A DNA stretch of 64,000 nt from NCBI GenBank assembly GCA_018335795.1, contig JAGXRP010000066.1:94317-158316 (forward strand), in the 5' to 3' direction. Positions 11,001 to 20,800 of this stretch are shown piece after piece. This stretch comes from Desulfobulbaceae bacterium. Its GTDB lineage: Bacteria; Bacteroidota; Ignavibacteria; Kapaibacteriales; UBA2268. The position numbers and the translations under genes are program-made. Under the pieces are notes generated by a model. That model saw only the letters and a program-made list of their open reading frames with translations, had not been told where the DNA came from and did not search any database. Within the stretch, counting starts at the first letter, position 1, and every line of letters starts with the position of its first letter.

Positions 11001-13717
11001 CTTTGGTTATTAACTCAGATGTTGAAATTCAAGGTGACTTGTATGTAGATGACATTTGGGCTGACGAAGTAAATGCAAACGTTCTTAACGCTGCTTTAGG
11101 CGTATTTGACAATTTGCAAGTTAATATGAATGCTAACGTTGATGGTAACACTACTCTGAACACTTTAGCTACTTCAGGTAACGCTACTGTTGGCGGTACT
11201 TTCGGTGTTACAGGCGTTACAACATTAAGTAACAATTTAATTGTTAACGGTACTTCGACATTGAATGGTGCAGCTCAAGTTAATAATACATTGAATGTAA
11301 CAGGTAATGCTGTACTCAATTCCGCTCCCGGCATGCAAAACACTACAGTTGACAACTTGAACGCTTTGGGCGCTCTAGATGCTGTTGGTGCTATCACAGG
11401 TCAAAGCACTTTGGGTATTGCAGGTAATGTTACTCTTAATACTGCTCCTGGTATGCAAACTACTACTGTTGACAACTTGATTGGTAATGGTACTGCTACA
11501 ATTGCCGGAGCAACTATAATTAACAATACTTTAAATGTAACCGGTCTTTCAACATTATCGAACACTCAAGTTAATGGAACATTAGGTGTAACCGGAGCTA
11601 CTACTTTAGGTAGTACTTTAACTGTTGCAGGTTTGACTCAAATTAATAACAATTTGAACGTAACCGGTAATGCAAATGTTAATGGTAATGGTATTTTCGG
11701 TGGTAACATTAGTGCAGTAAATGGCATCTTCAGTGGTAATATTTCTGCTGTTAATGCTACTTTAAGCGGTACTTTGACTGTAAACGGTGCATACACTCGT
11801 TTGTCAAACACTACTGCTTTACAAGTACAAGGTGGCGACGCCGGAACTCTTGGTGAGCTTTTAGTTAGCCGCGGTGCCGGTTTATCACCTGAATGGACTA
11901 CTTCTATTCCTTATCTTGAAGTTGTTAACCTTGATGTATTAAACAATTTAAGTGTTGGTAATGATACTGATATGATGGGCGACCTTACAGTTGCCGGTGA
12001 TGTATTCTTAAACACTAATGGTCCTGGCTTCTCTACATTCGTACAAGAACTCGTAGTTGCTCAAGATGCGGTTGTCGGTAACGATCTAGCTGTTGGTAAC
12101 GATGGTGTATTCGGTAATGACCTTTTGGTTGTTGGTGATGGAACTGTTGTTGGTGATGCTGATGTATTTGGCGATTTAGAAGTTATGACTAACACTTCAT
12201 TACTTGGTACTTTAGATGTAACCGGTGTTTCTACTTTTGCAAGCGAAGTTGAATTCAACGGAGCTAATGTTGCATTCTCACCGGGTACTGAAGTACTTGC
12301 TTGGGATCCTACATTAATGACAGCAAACTTCGAAGGCGATGCCGGCGATTTATTCGTTAGTCGTGGTGCAGGTTTATCACCTGAATGGACTGACGAACTT
12401 CCTGACCTTACAGTTTCAGGTCTTTTGACTACTATGAACTTGCACGTTACTAATGATGCTCAAATTGATAATGACTTAACTGTAGGTAATGACATCGTTG
12501 TTACAGCCGGTGATGTTGATATCCAAAATGGTAGCTTAAACGTTGGTTTAGATGTAACTGTTGGTAATGACTTAGCAGTTATCAATGATGGTATCTTCGG
12601 AAACGATGTTATCATTCTTGGTGGTGACCTTGACGTAATTGCAGGCGATGCAAATGTTGCTGGTGATGTAAACGCTACAAACGTTAACACAACTAACAAT
12701 GTTAATGCCGGTAATGATGTAAACGCCACTAATAATGTAAACGGTACTAATTTGAATGCATCTAACAATGTTAATGCAACAAACAATGTAAACGCTACAA
12801 ATGTTAATGCAACTAACAATGTTACTGCTCAAAACAACTTAGTATCAGTTAATAATACAGTTGTTGGAAATAACTTGCTTGTTACTAACAATGCTACTAT
12901 CAGCGGAAACTCACATGTATTGGGTAATTCATTAGTAAACGGTACATTAACTGTTGACCAAAATTCATTGTTCAAACAAAGCGTTACTATTAATCAAAAT
13001 TTAACGATTGACCAAAATCTTACAGTTACAGGTTCTTCAACATTCGGTAATACAGTCAGTATTAATAATGCTGATTTGAATATCACTAATGGTGGTATAA
13101 ATGTAATCGGAGATGATGTATTCTTTGGTAACCCTGTAGGATTTAACAATCCTTCAGCATTCGAAGACCTCTACGTACGTGGAAATATCGAAGCTGACGG
13201 TATGATTTTCGGTGCTATCAACCCAGGTTTGACTCCGGGTTCGGTAACATTCGGGGGAGCAGTAGGTCAAATCGCTGAAGATAATGCTAACTTGTTCTTC
13301 AATGACGCAACAAACAGATTGGGTATTGGAACTAATACACCTGCTCAAACTCTTGATGTAAACGGTACAATGAACGTAAGTGGTGCTTCAACTCTTGCTG
13401 CTGCTACTTTGAGCGGTAACTTGACTGCAAATCGCAGAATGATTCACGGTTATACAACTGCAGCTAATTTAGCAGCACTTGTTGCCGCGATAAATAACGG
13501 TACAACTGTTATTCAATACCAAACTGCTAACGCTCTCGAAGCTAACCTCGTAGGTGCTTTGCCTGCAGGAACAACCGGACAAATTATCTATATAATTAAC
13601 AATACTTCAATTGGTTCGATTAGTGTTGGCACTCCTGTCAACCCAAGAACAATTGTTCAAAGCCAAATGGTTGCCTTAATTTACAATGGTACAAATTGGA
13701 TTCCAATGGCTAACTAA
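8048..13717 (+). CDS. Giant secreted fibrous adhesin-like protein (1889 aa) with tail-fibre-like repeats and a C-terminal domain shared with the next gene
   Basis: Signal peptide. Repeated modules with the motif I(T/A)xxKIADxAVTxxKL follow, each trailed by a Trp-rich block (GPVGTILGW(D/N)GT(Q/E)WIET(S/N)VP(E/T)WE). Next comes a long run of 'NxTGxxxLNxxxTxxNL' fibre repeats and an Asn-rich hexapeptide repeat (NVNATN). There is an internal duplication (VSRGAGLSPEWT occurs twice). The C-terminal ~70 aa are conserved with the 13873-17580 protein. Confidence 0.7.
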   Translation: MKKLLLLSFVLLSLIIASVGSVMSQSRLINYQGNILDQQSKPYEGSAQMTFELYDKEFGGSQLWSEIQNVTMNKGYFNVYLGSNTPFPANFSFNRELWVQVTVGTSAPYPRSPLTMVPAAFVSEVASLARFAEDIPDGLVNLNKLSNEVKIMGGDLTGTLPNPRLRPGAILEGIEDGSITQSKLAPNVTTRPSGPASGDLTGFYPDPLIAPGAVNTFKIADGAVTTEKIADYAVTYNKFQNALGPVGTILGWDGTQWIETSVPEWELGKIVEVYAGDGLYVNEMSSYYGNGFFDVQVGIAESGVITSKIADEAVTYGKLQNAYGPVGTILGWNGTEWIETNVPTWETDAVIGNEVLDATPNRGLLRAGLGTLASPFTLGIADNGVVNSMIANQAVSLNKLANGSTGGQVMYWNSVLGQWMLSAGSAPMDNNVIRWVDNGTTRQPQWTSDDAIVGNEVVNATPMGGLVRAGAGTEASPYTLGVMPGGITEPMLAQGAVSLSKLAPGNQIGQIIWWDALTSQWRYSTGAAPTQDYVVKWVDAGGSLTPQWAPDDMTIPYEKSITEHVQTLFALTNNGNSDVMSLTTTGTGDGLMINMPQDLPGGGHALHLNGAGFLQPALNVNVESEYGLPNGAGTVNATINTLDATSAGFKINTVVNDDGNNAYDVDGLQSFLTVNNAVNNGYYTGTWSFAETDNGIATGVWGEAEGMNAQSNFGVIGSADDAAVSNIGVLGVANAPVYQDYTTMFPAGFGAGVTALNEGGSFMDYGVFALVNGEATGAYVEAEDAVAGVFTNNSDMSETVLAFNQGNGDVVVGIANEGSAFVGFNESAMGTAVIENIGTGSAIETASMGTDFPTVLAENLNDGPAAWFVGMNPQADGFANNNSVAAVVNMNNGRALYVEGGAANDENGGNPYFQDPANNDDASLIVVNTAYQGGAPWGTAIKTYGDIWANSTIGASQLVALDALVIGDPLGLNTTLYPPMYPGDPLVINSDVEIQGDLYVDDIWADEVNANVLNAALGVFDNLQVNMNANVDGNTTLNTLATSGNATVGGTFGVTGVTTLSNNLIVNGTSTLNGAAQVNNTLNVTGNAVLNSAPGMQNTTVDNLNALGALDAVGAITGQSTLGIAGNVTLNTAPGMQTTTVDNLIGNGTATIAGATIINNTLNVTGLSTLSNTQVNGTLGVTGATTLGSTLTVAGLTQINNNLNVTGNANVNGNGIFGGNISAVNGIFSGNISAVNATLSGTLTVNGAYTRLSNTTALQVQGGDAGTLGELLVSRGAGLSPEWTTSIPYLEVVNLDVLNNLSVGNDTDMMGDLTVAGDVFLNTNGPGFSTFVQELVVAQDAVVGNDLAVGNDGVFGNDLLVVGDGTVVGDADVFGDLEVMTNTSLLGTLDVTGVSTFASEVEFNGANVAFSPGTEVLAWDPTLMTANFEGDAGDLFVSRGAGLSPEWTDELPDLTVSGLLTTMNLHVTNDAQIDNDLTVGNDIVVTAGDVDIQNGSLNVGLDVTVGNDLAVINDGIFGNDVIILGGDLDVIAGDANVAGDVNATNVNTTNNVNAGNDVNATNNVNGTNLNASNNVNATNNVNATNVNATNNVTAQNNLVSVNNTVVGNNLLVTNNATISGNSHVLGNSLVNGTLTVDQNSLFKQSVTINQNLTIDQNLTVTGSSTFGNTVSINNADLNITNGGINVIGDDVFFGNPVGFNNPSAFEDLYVRGNIEADGMIFGAINPGLTPGSVTFGGAVGQIAEDNANLFFNDATNRLGIGTNTPAQTLDVNGTMNVSGASTLAAATLSGNLTANRRMIHGYTTAANLAALVAAINNGTTVIQYQTANALEANLVGALPAGTTGQIIYIINNTSIGSISVGTPVNPRTIVQSQMVALIYNGTNWIPMAN
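12664..12840 (+). repeat. In-frame Asn-rich 18-nt (hexapeptide NVNATN-like) tandem repeat within the 8048-13717 CDS
   Basis: Translation reads NATNVNTTNNVNAGNDVNATNNVNGTNLNASNNVNATNNVNATNVNATNNVTAQNN. The nucleotide sequence repeats aatgt(t/a)aa(t/c)gc(a/c)ac(t/a)aac units. Confidence 0.6.
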
Positions 13718-13731
13718 TAGTTAACAATAAT

Positions 13732-13760
13732 AGCATAGTCTGATATTATCAGACTATGCT
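13732..13760 (+). terminator. Hairpin terminator downstream of the 1889-aa gene
   Basis: Perfect inverted repeat agcatagtctgata-tt-atcagactatgct, 15 nt after the stop codon. Confidence 0.55.
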
Positions 13761-13872
13761 ATGATTTTATAGAAATTTAGCTTTTAAAGAAAGTATTTTT
13801 ATGGTATAGTATTTGAGATAAGTTAGCTTAAATTGAAAAATAATTGTTTAATATAATAGAGGTGCAAACCTT

Positions 13873-16800
13873 ATGAAAAAATTTCATATTCTTATTTTTG
13901 GTGTAATCTTCTTCATGGCAACAAGCTTGACACAAGCTTTGCCTGAGATATTTTACACCAATTTTGCGAGAACGACCGGTGGCGGATTAGTCCTAAACTC
14001 GAACGTTGACGTAAGAATAACCATTTTCGACGGCGCTACCGAGGTTTATAAAGAAACCCATGCAGGTATTACTACAGATGAATTTGGTTTATTTACAGTT
14101 CCCGTTGGTGGCGGGGCTCCGGTTATTCCTTTTAATAACGCTATGTACGATGCTTTGATTGCTTCAAACAATCTAAATATCTACGCAGAAAGTGATGCCG
14201 GTGACGGTTACAGATTTATTGAATTACGTTCACTTTTGAATACAGCATTAAGAAATGCTGAAGTTCAAGGAATAGTGACTTTACAAAGTGCTTACGATGC
14301 TGGTAACGAAATCGAAGTAGTTGTTGGATTCCCTGTTGACCTTACCGGTACAGGCTTAATCCAATCGGCAGCTTCAGTTGCTGACATCAATACAAATGGT
14401 CCTTCAACATTGACTACAAAACAATATGTTGACGACGCTATTGCTGCAATTTTCCCATTGCCACATATTACTGAAGGCGATGCTATTGAAATTTTACCCG
14501 ATGGTTATTATGATGGTCAAACTACTCAATCTATTGGTGTAGCTGACAACACTATTTCTAACGTAAAAATCCACGATAATACGGAATTCCAAGAAGTCGA
14601 AGCTTTAGGCGACGGTTTTGCAGATGGAACTGATGTTGGTTCTTGGTCAGTTACAAACTCTAACAGAGTATTAAATTTTGCCGGTGTTGGTTTGACTAAT
14701 GTAACTCGCGACGGTAATACAATTTTAATTGACGGTTCTGATAACTGGGGTTTGCAAGTTGTCGAATCAGATGCAACTCTGATTGGTGATGGTACTATTG
14801 GTAATGAACTTGGCGTTAATCAAGATTTCCCTTTCGTGTGGACTTCTTACCACCAATTTATTCCTGATACTGACGAACCTGCAATTGCTCTTGACGGAAG
14901 TAGTTCATTAACTAATCCTACTTTGATTGCCGTCGGTAATGCAGACCCAGCCGTTGTTGACTTCATGTTCGACGGTGAAATGGTCCTTTTGGGCACTGAT
15001 GATACTGATGCTAATGCTGAATTGACTGTTTACGGTTCAACTCAAATGTTAGGTCAAAAAAATGACGCTCAACCTGAACTTTATGTAGAAGGTGACGTTG
15101 CTGTTACCGGTTCTGTTGATGCTGAACGCGGATTCTTTACTTTTGATAATACAGGTAACGCAGGTGCATTTACTATTATGGCTAATGCCACCGGTGATAC
15201 ACCTTCGAGCCCTACTTTCCCAACTGTAGCTCAAGCTGTTACCGCTATAGCAACTTATTCAGGAGTTGCTCCAAATATGACTGATATGCTTGTTGCAAAT
15301 AATGGCTTAACAAACGCCGGAGCAGGGATATTAGCTGTCGGTACTTACGGTGGTTCACGTTCTGCTAACTTGGTTGCAAATGTCGGTACGGTTGGTCATG
15401 CTTATAATTCATTGAGTCCTTATAATTCTCATGGTATTGTAGGTATGGTTACTACTACTTTATCCGGTGCAACTGAAATTGGAACTGCATTAGGTTTAGG
15501 TATTAACTCCGGTATTACAGGTATCAATTTAGGTGTTGCTGCAAATGATTATGCAGGTTACTTTATTGGTAATGTTAACGTTGATGGCGATTTTAATGGT
15601 ACTGGTAATGCAGTATTTGAAATGGATGTAAATGTTCAAGGTAATGCAGATGTTGATGGTGATTTGAATGCTGATGGTGCAACTACTTTAGGTGGCACTT
15701 TAGATGTAGCTGACAACGCAGTATTTGCAATGGACGTAAATGTTCAAGGTAATGCAGATGTTGATGGTGATTTAAATGCTGATGGTGCAACTACTTTAGG
15801 TGGCACTTTAGATGTAGCTGACAACGCTGTATTTGCAATGGACGTAAATGTTCAAGGTAATGCTGATGTTGATGGCGATTTAAATGCTGATGGTGCAACT
15901 ACTTTAGGTGGCACTTTAGATGTAGCTGACAACGCAGTATTTGCTATGGACGTAAATGTTCAAGGTAATGCTGATGTTGACGGTGATTTGAATGCTGATG
16001 GTGCAACTACTTTAGGTGGCACTTTAGATGTAGCTGATAACGCAGATTTTGCTATGGATGTACAAATTGATGGCATTTTGAATGTTGACGGTACTTCTAA
16101 TCTTAATGGCGATGTAAACCTTGGTGATGTAAGTACAGACAATGTTGTATTCAATGCAATGGTTAATAGTGCTGTAGTTCCATCTATGGATAATACATAT
16201 TCATTAGGTACTGATGCTAACCGTTGGGCTGATGTTTATGTTGGTCCTGCCAGCTTGAATATTGGTACTTCGGGTAACAATGCCGTAATTAGCTATGATT
16301 TAGGCAACAATTGGGTTGATATTAATACTGACCTCAATGTACAAGGTACAGTTTATGGTACAACTTTGAATGGTGCATATACTGAAGGTTCTGTTCTTTT
16401 CGGAGCTGCCGATGGTAGCATTACTGAAAATAATGGAGAACTTTTCTGGGATGATGCAAGTTCATACTTAGGTATTGGTACAGACGCTCCAGCTTCTAAA
16501 TTGCACTTAGTCGCACCTTTAGATGTAGCTTTAATTATCGAAGGTACTCAAGGCGACAGCAATCCTGACGTTTTGATTGACGGTGAAGTATTGATTTTGG
16601 GAAGTGTTAATGGTGATGCTGAATTTTGGATGAATGGTGGCGACGGTATGCTACTTGATGGTGGCGCAAGTTTGCACATTACTAACGGCGACGGTATCCT
16701 TTTAGACGCTGGTGCCAGTATGATTATTGATGATTTGGGAACTTTAAACGTTGATGGCGATGGTACATTTAACAATGACCTTTATGTTTCGAATAATTTG

Positions 16801-17580
16801 TTCGTTACTAATGACGGTGATTTTGGTAATGATGTTATCGTTGGAAATGATTTGAGTGTTACAGGTCTTGCTACTTTTGAAAATGTAATGGTAAATGAAT
16901 TTGCTGAATCAGCAAAAACAGGCGCTGAAATTGCAGCTGAAGCAAGTGATGATTTGTTTGTAACTAAAGATTACGTTCAAGGTGGTCACTTCGGTAGTTT
17001 CAATACTTTAATTGCATTCAATCCTGCTTCAGGACCTGCGATTACTGCTACTTCATCCGATGCGACTGCTCCTACTGTTACAATCGAAAATACTCACCCT
17101 GATGGTACTGCTTTGCAAGTTCAATCGAACAACGCTTCGACTACTGCATTCGAAATTCCAACAGGTAACATGAGTATTGGTAATGGTCAGTTAATCGTTT
17201 CGGCAAATGCCGGTATCACTTCTACTCCTCCCGAAGGTCAAGGTCCTGCTCTTATTGTAGGTAACTTTGGTACTTCAGGCGAAAATGGTGGTGCTATATT
17301 TGTCACTGAAGGTCATACTGCTTTATCATTTAATTCTTTTGATGAAACAACCACTGACTATTCTGAAGTAACTTCAACTGTTATTGATATTAATGCAGGT
17401 GCTGCTATGGTAATCACTGATTTACCGGGAACAAATGTTTCTGCTGATATGCCAGGTACATTACTTTATATCATTAACTCAGGTACATTTACAATTACTT
17501 TACCTGATGCAAGTACAATTCCTGCAGGTACTGTTGCTACTTTTGTCAACAACGGGTCTGCTTGGTTCAGAATTAACTAA
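13873..17580 (+). CDS. Giant secreted fibrous adhesin-like protein (1235 aa) with perfect 36-aa tandem repeats and the shared C-terminal domain
   Basis: Signal peptide. The N-terminal domain resembles that of the preceding protein. A block of near-identical 36-aa repeats (NAVFAMDVNVQGNADVDGDLNADGATTLGGTLDVAD) follows, then Gly/Asp/Asn-rich fibre repeats. The C-terminus (LLYIINSGTFTITLP...TVATFVNNGSAWFRIN) aligns with the C-terminus of the 8048-13717 protein (IIYIINNTSIGSISVG...MVALIYNGTNWIPMAN). Confidence 0.7.
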   Translation: MKKFHILIFGVIFFMATSLTQALPEIFYTNFARTTGGGLVLNSNVDVRITIFDGATEVYKETHAGITTDEFGLFTVPVGGGAPVIPFNNAMYDALIASNNLNIYAESDAGDGYRFIELRSLLNTALRNAEVQGIVTLQSAYDAGNEIEVVVGFPVDLTGTGLIQSAASVADINTNGPSTLTTKQYVDDAIAAIFPLPHITEGDAIEILPDGYYDGQTTQSIGVADNTISNVKIHDNTEFQEVEALGDGFADGTDVGSWSVTNSNRVLNFAGVGLTNVTRDGNTILIDGSDNWGLQVVESDATLIGDGTIGNELGVNQDFPFVWTSYHQFIPDTDEPAIALDGSSSLTNPTLIAVGNADPAVVDFMFDGEMVLLGTDDTDANAELTVYGSTQMLGQKNDAQPELYVEGDVAVTGSVDAERGFFTFDNTGNAGAFTIMANATGDTPSSPTFPTVAQAVTAIATYSGVAPNMTDMLVANNGLTNAGAGILAVGTYGGSRSANLVANVGTVGHAYNSLSPYNSHGIVGMVTTTLSGATEIGTALGLGINSGITGINLGVAANDYAGYFIGNVNVDGDFNGTGNAVFEMDVNVQGNADVDGDLNADGATTLGGTLDVADNAVFAMDVNVQGNADVDGDLNADGATTLGGTLDVADNAVFAMDVNVQGNADVDGDLNADGATTLGGTLDVADNAVFAMDVNVQGNADVDGDLNADGATTLGGTLDVADNADFAMDVQIDGILNVDGTSNLNGDVNLGDVSTDNVVFNAMVNSAVVPSMDNTYSLGTDANRWADVYVGPASLNIGTSGNNAVISYDLGNNWVDINTDLNVQGTVYGTTLNGAYTEGSVLFGAADGSITENNGELFWDDASSYLGIGTDAPASKLHLVAPLDVALIIEGTQGDSNPDVLIDGEVLILGSVNGDAEFWMNGGDGMLLDGGASLHITNGDGILLDAGASMIIDDLGTLNVDGDGTFNNDLYVSNNLFVTNDGDFGNDVIVGNDLSVTGLATFENVMVNEFAESAKTGAEIAAEASDDLFVTKDYVQGGHFGSFNTLIAFNPASGPAITATSSDATAPTVTIENTHPDGTALQVQSNNASTTAFEIPTGNMSIGNGQLIVSANAGITSTPPEGQGPALIVGNFGTSGENGGAIFVTEGHTALSFNSFDETTTDYSEVTSTVIDINAGAAMVITDLPGTNVSADMPGTLLYIINSGTFTITLPDASTIPAGTVATFVNNGSAWFRIN
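15610..16075 (+). repeat. Tandem 108-nt (36-codon) repeat, about 4.3 copies, nearly identical at nucleotide level, inside the 13873-17580 CDS
   Basis: Units start at about 15610, 15718, 15826 and 15934, with a partial unit at 16042. Copies differ only at a few synonymous or near-synonymous positions. Confidence 0.8.
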
Positions 17581-17590
17581 TAATATTATT

Positions 17591-17626
17591 CAGAGCTGTC
17601 CGGCTTCTTAAAGTCGGATAGCTCTG
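17591..17626 (+). terminator. Hairpin downstream of the 1235-aa gene
   Basis: cagagctgtccggc-ttcttaaa-gtcggatagctctg, a 14-bp stem with two G-U pairs, 10 nt after the stop. The T-tract is weak. Confidence 0.4.
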
Positions 17627-17880
17627 AAATAATAAATCTCTCATATTGAGGCGAGTTAACGGCTCGTTTGAATATGGGAGATAAAGAAAATAAACTAAAA
17701 CATGGATGAAGATTAGTGTATTTAAAGAATTTTCTTTGATATTGTAGTGAAAATCGTTATTTTTAAAAATTGATTTATGGGAAAGCTTATGAAGACTGAA
17801 TTTACTTGCTTCAATGCGTACATGCAGGACATATCTAAAACAATTAAGGATATTTTGTTAATATTTGTGGGAGATTTTTT

Positions 17881-20800
17881 ATGAAAAAATTATCAACACT
17901 TCTGACCCTTTTGGTGTGCTTTATCTTGTTTAGCACATCCGCTTGGTCAGCTACTTGGATAGTGGATAACGCCGGTGGTGGCGATTTCACTACTATTCAA
18001 GCCGCCGTCAATGCCGCCTCCGGTAATGACATTATCTATGTAAATGGTTCTGGAACCAATTACACTGAAAATGTTAATATACCCGGTGGCAAAAACCAAT
18101 TATCAATTATTGGTGTCAACGACGGGTCAGGTTTTCCGGTGCTGGATGGCTCCGGGGTTACAAACCCTAAAGTTGCATTCAGAGTTAGCTCTGATAATGT
18201 AACTATTCAAAACATGGTGATTCAAAACTACAATTACGGAGGTGCAACTAACGTTGACTTCGGTAGTGCCCAACGCGGTGTAGGTATCGAATCTCTAATC
18301 GCTTCTTCCGGACACAATTTCTCAGATAATACAATTACTAATTGTAACTGGGGTATCTATGTTCGCGAAGGTAATAGTATTAGTGTTAAAAATAACACTA
18401 TTAATAATACTGTTGCTACCGCTCACGGTAGTGGCTATCCAAATACCGGTGGTACCGGTATAGCTTTTGTTAGTGCAGGTGTTTCTTTGGATGAAAATGA
18501 AATCCAAAATAACTCTGTTTCGACATCTGCTTTTTATGGCGTATTTTTTGGTCGCAGACTTGATGGCGGTACTCCTGTTAATGGTGACAACGTCATTATT
18601 AGCAATAACACAATTTCAAATGCCGGTATTGGAAACAATGGTTTCGCTATCTATCTTAACAATATCAAGCCTGATGACGCATTAAGAATCGAAGACAACA
18701 CTTTGAATAATAATAATGCAGGTTTAAGATTAGCCCAAAATACTACGGCAAATACTGACATTAATGTTTTCAACAACGAATTCAACAATACTGTTTCTTC
18801 AATTGAAGTTCAAACAGCTGCTTTATTTAGCGGTGGAACTTTATATGACATCATGTTCAATAATGGCAACATTTTTGACGAAGGTACTCCGGCTTCTACT
18901 CCGGGTGCAGTTGCTGCCTTGGACGTTTTGGATACTGAAGTTGTAAGTAATGGTACTAACCGTTTTATACGTAATAGATTTGCTAATGCAATTGTTGACG
19001 GCGAAGGCTATTTGTCGGCTGCTGCTGCAAGTACTAACGTTAAAGTTTATGCAATGGCAGGCTTCTATCCTTCTGAAGTAGCTCTTGTATCAAGCAACCC
19101 TGCAAACGGGCAAAACATGTTGATTACAGGTGAAGTTGATGGTAGTGGCAATAATCTTGCTAAAGCGCAAGGTGATGCTATCGGCTCAACAATATTTACT
19201 ATTAACCCACTTAGCAATTTGACCGTAACATTCGAAAATATTGATGTTGAATTGAATTTGAATGTCACTCAATATGGTATTTATACTGGGTCTTCAAATA
19301 CTACTGTTAATTTATGTAATTTTACTACTGCAAATGTTATATCAGCTACCGGTATAGCAGCTATTGCAACTGGTACTGCAACGTCAAATTTCAGTTTCGA
19401 CCAAAACACTGTTAATGGTTTCTTTGCAACCGGTTTAATTATTGACCAAAATAATGTTACTATTAGTTGTAATGATTTTAATTTCGTTACAACGACTAAT
19501 GTCATTATAGATGTTACTGACTGGAATGCTGATGTTGCTAATATTACAGGTGGCGAAATTATCAATAACACTTTCACATCAGTTTTTGGTTCAACTGCTA
19601 CTAATATCAGAGTTATCTACCCAACTGTTGGTTCAGGTGGATTAGAAATTGGTACTAATGGTAATGGTAACTTCTTTATGAATGGTGACTTTGCTATAGA
19701 TTTAACTCTTATGGCTAATGGTCAAGTTACAATTGGATATAATAATTTCCAAGAAGCTGATTATACTGATTGGATTGATAATTCGGCTGCTTTCGATGTT
19801 AATGCAGGTTGGAATTACTGGGAAATTCTTGGTATCAATCCAAATGCAGAAATCAGTGCTATGATTACCGGCGCCGGTGCAGCTAATGTATTCTTCTTAC
19901 CTATCTATTCAAGTGGTGTAGATACAGACTTAGCTGGATGCGGTTTCCAAGCTGATTTGACTTCAATATGGACTCCAGTCTATACTGCTGTTAATGTTGG
20001 TGACCCATTGACTGATCCTGATGCATTGTTCTTCTGGACTATCGAAGACGCTTTGGCTGACCCTAATACAGGTATCGGTTCCGGCGGTGCTCCTGAAAGA
20101 TATGCCGTTTATTTGTATAATAATGGCACTTTAACAGAAAACAATCCATTGAGTGTTGCTTATCCTATGTGGATTGGTGGTGCTCCGGCTCAGGCTTCAA
20201 ATCTTAATGTAGATCCACTTCCAGGTTTCTGGACTGTTGAAACTGCAAATGATATGGCTCCATTGTTTTCAGTTATCGAACCGGGAACAGCTTTAAATCC
20301 TGTTGCTTTCGATAGCTTTACTTTGTTCCCATCAGACGTAACTCTAAACTCAGCTAATAATGCAATTTTAGTTGATATCGTTGGTGCTCCAAATATAATG
20401 TCATATTTAAATGTGACGAATTGTATATTTGATGTTGCTGATGCAAATCAATCAAATGCTATATTTGTTGATAATACTAATACAGTATCAATTGATAACT
20501 TCTTCATCTATAATAATACATTCATGAAGAATGATGCCGGGTATGCTCTAAGAGTTGAAACACCAATCACATCAACTGATGTTCAATTCCTCAATAATAA
20601 TATATTATGGAATATTGCCGGTGTTACTCCCGGATTTTCAATTTATTTTGAAGACGGTGTTGATGGTTTGACCGTTCTTGGTAATAATTTTGAAGCAGGT
20701 ATCTTATTAGAATCAGTTCTAAATGATATTGATAACGTTGAAATCGGTTCAACCGGTACTCATCTTCTTGGATTTTTGCAAGGTAATACTTTCTTCAATC

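Noticed and set aside
12664-12840. Possible CRISPR or non-coding short tandem repeat
   Set aside because: It lies in-frame inside a long CDS and encodes an Asn-rich hexapeptide repeat.
8048-17580. Prophage tail-fibre genes or tailocin cluster
   Set aside because: The proteins have Sec signal peptides and T9SS-tagged neighbours. There are no capsid, tail-tube, baseplate, terminase or lysis genes anywhere in the window.
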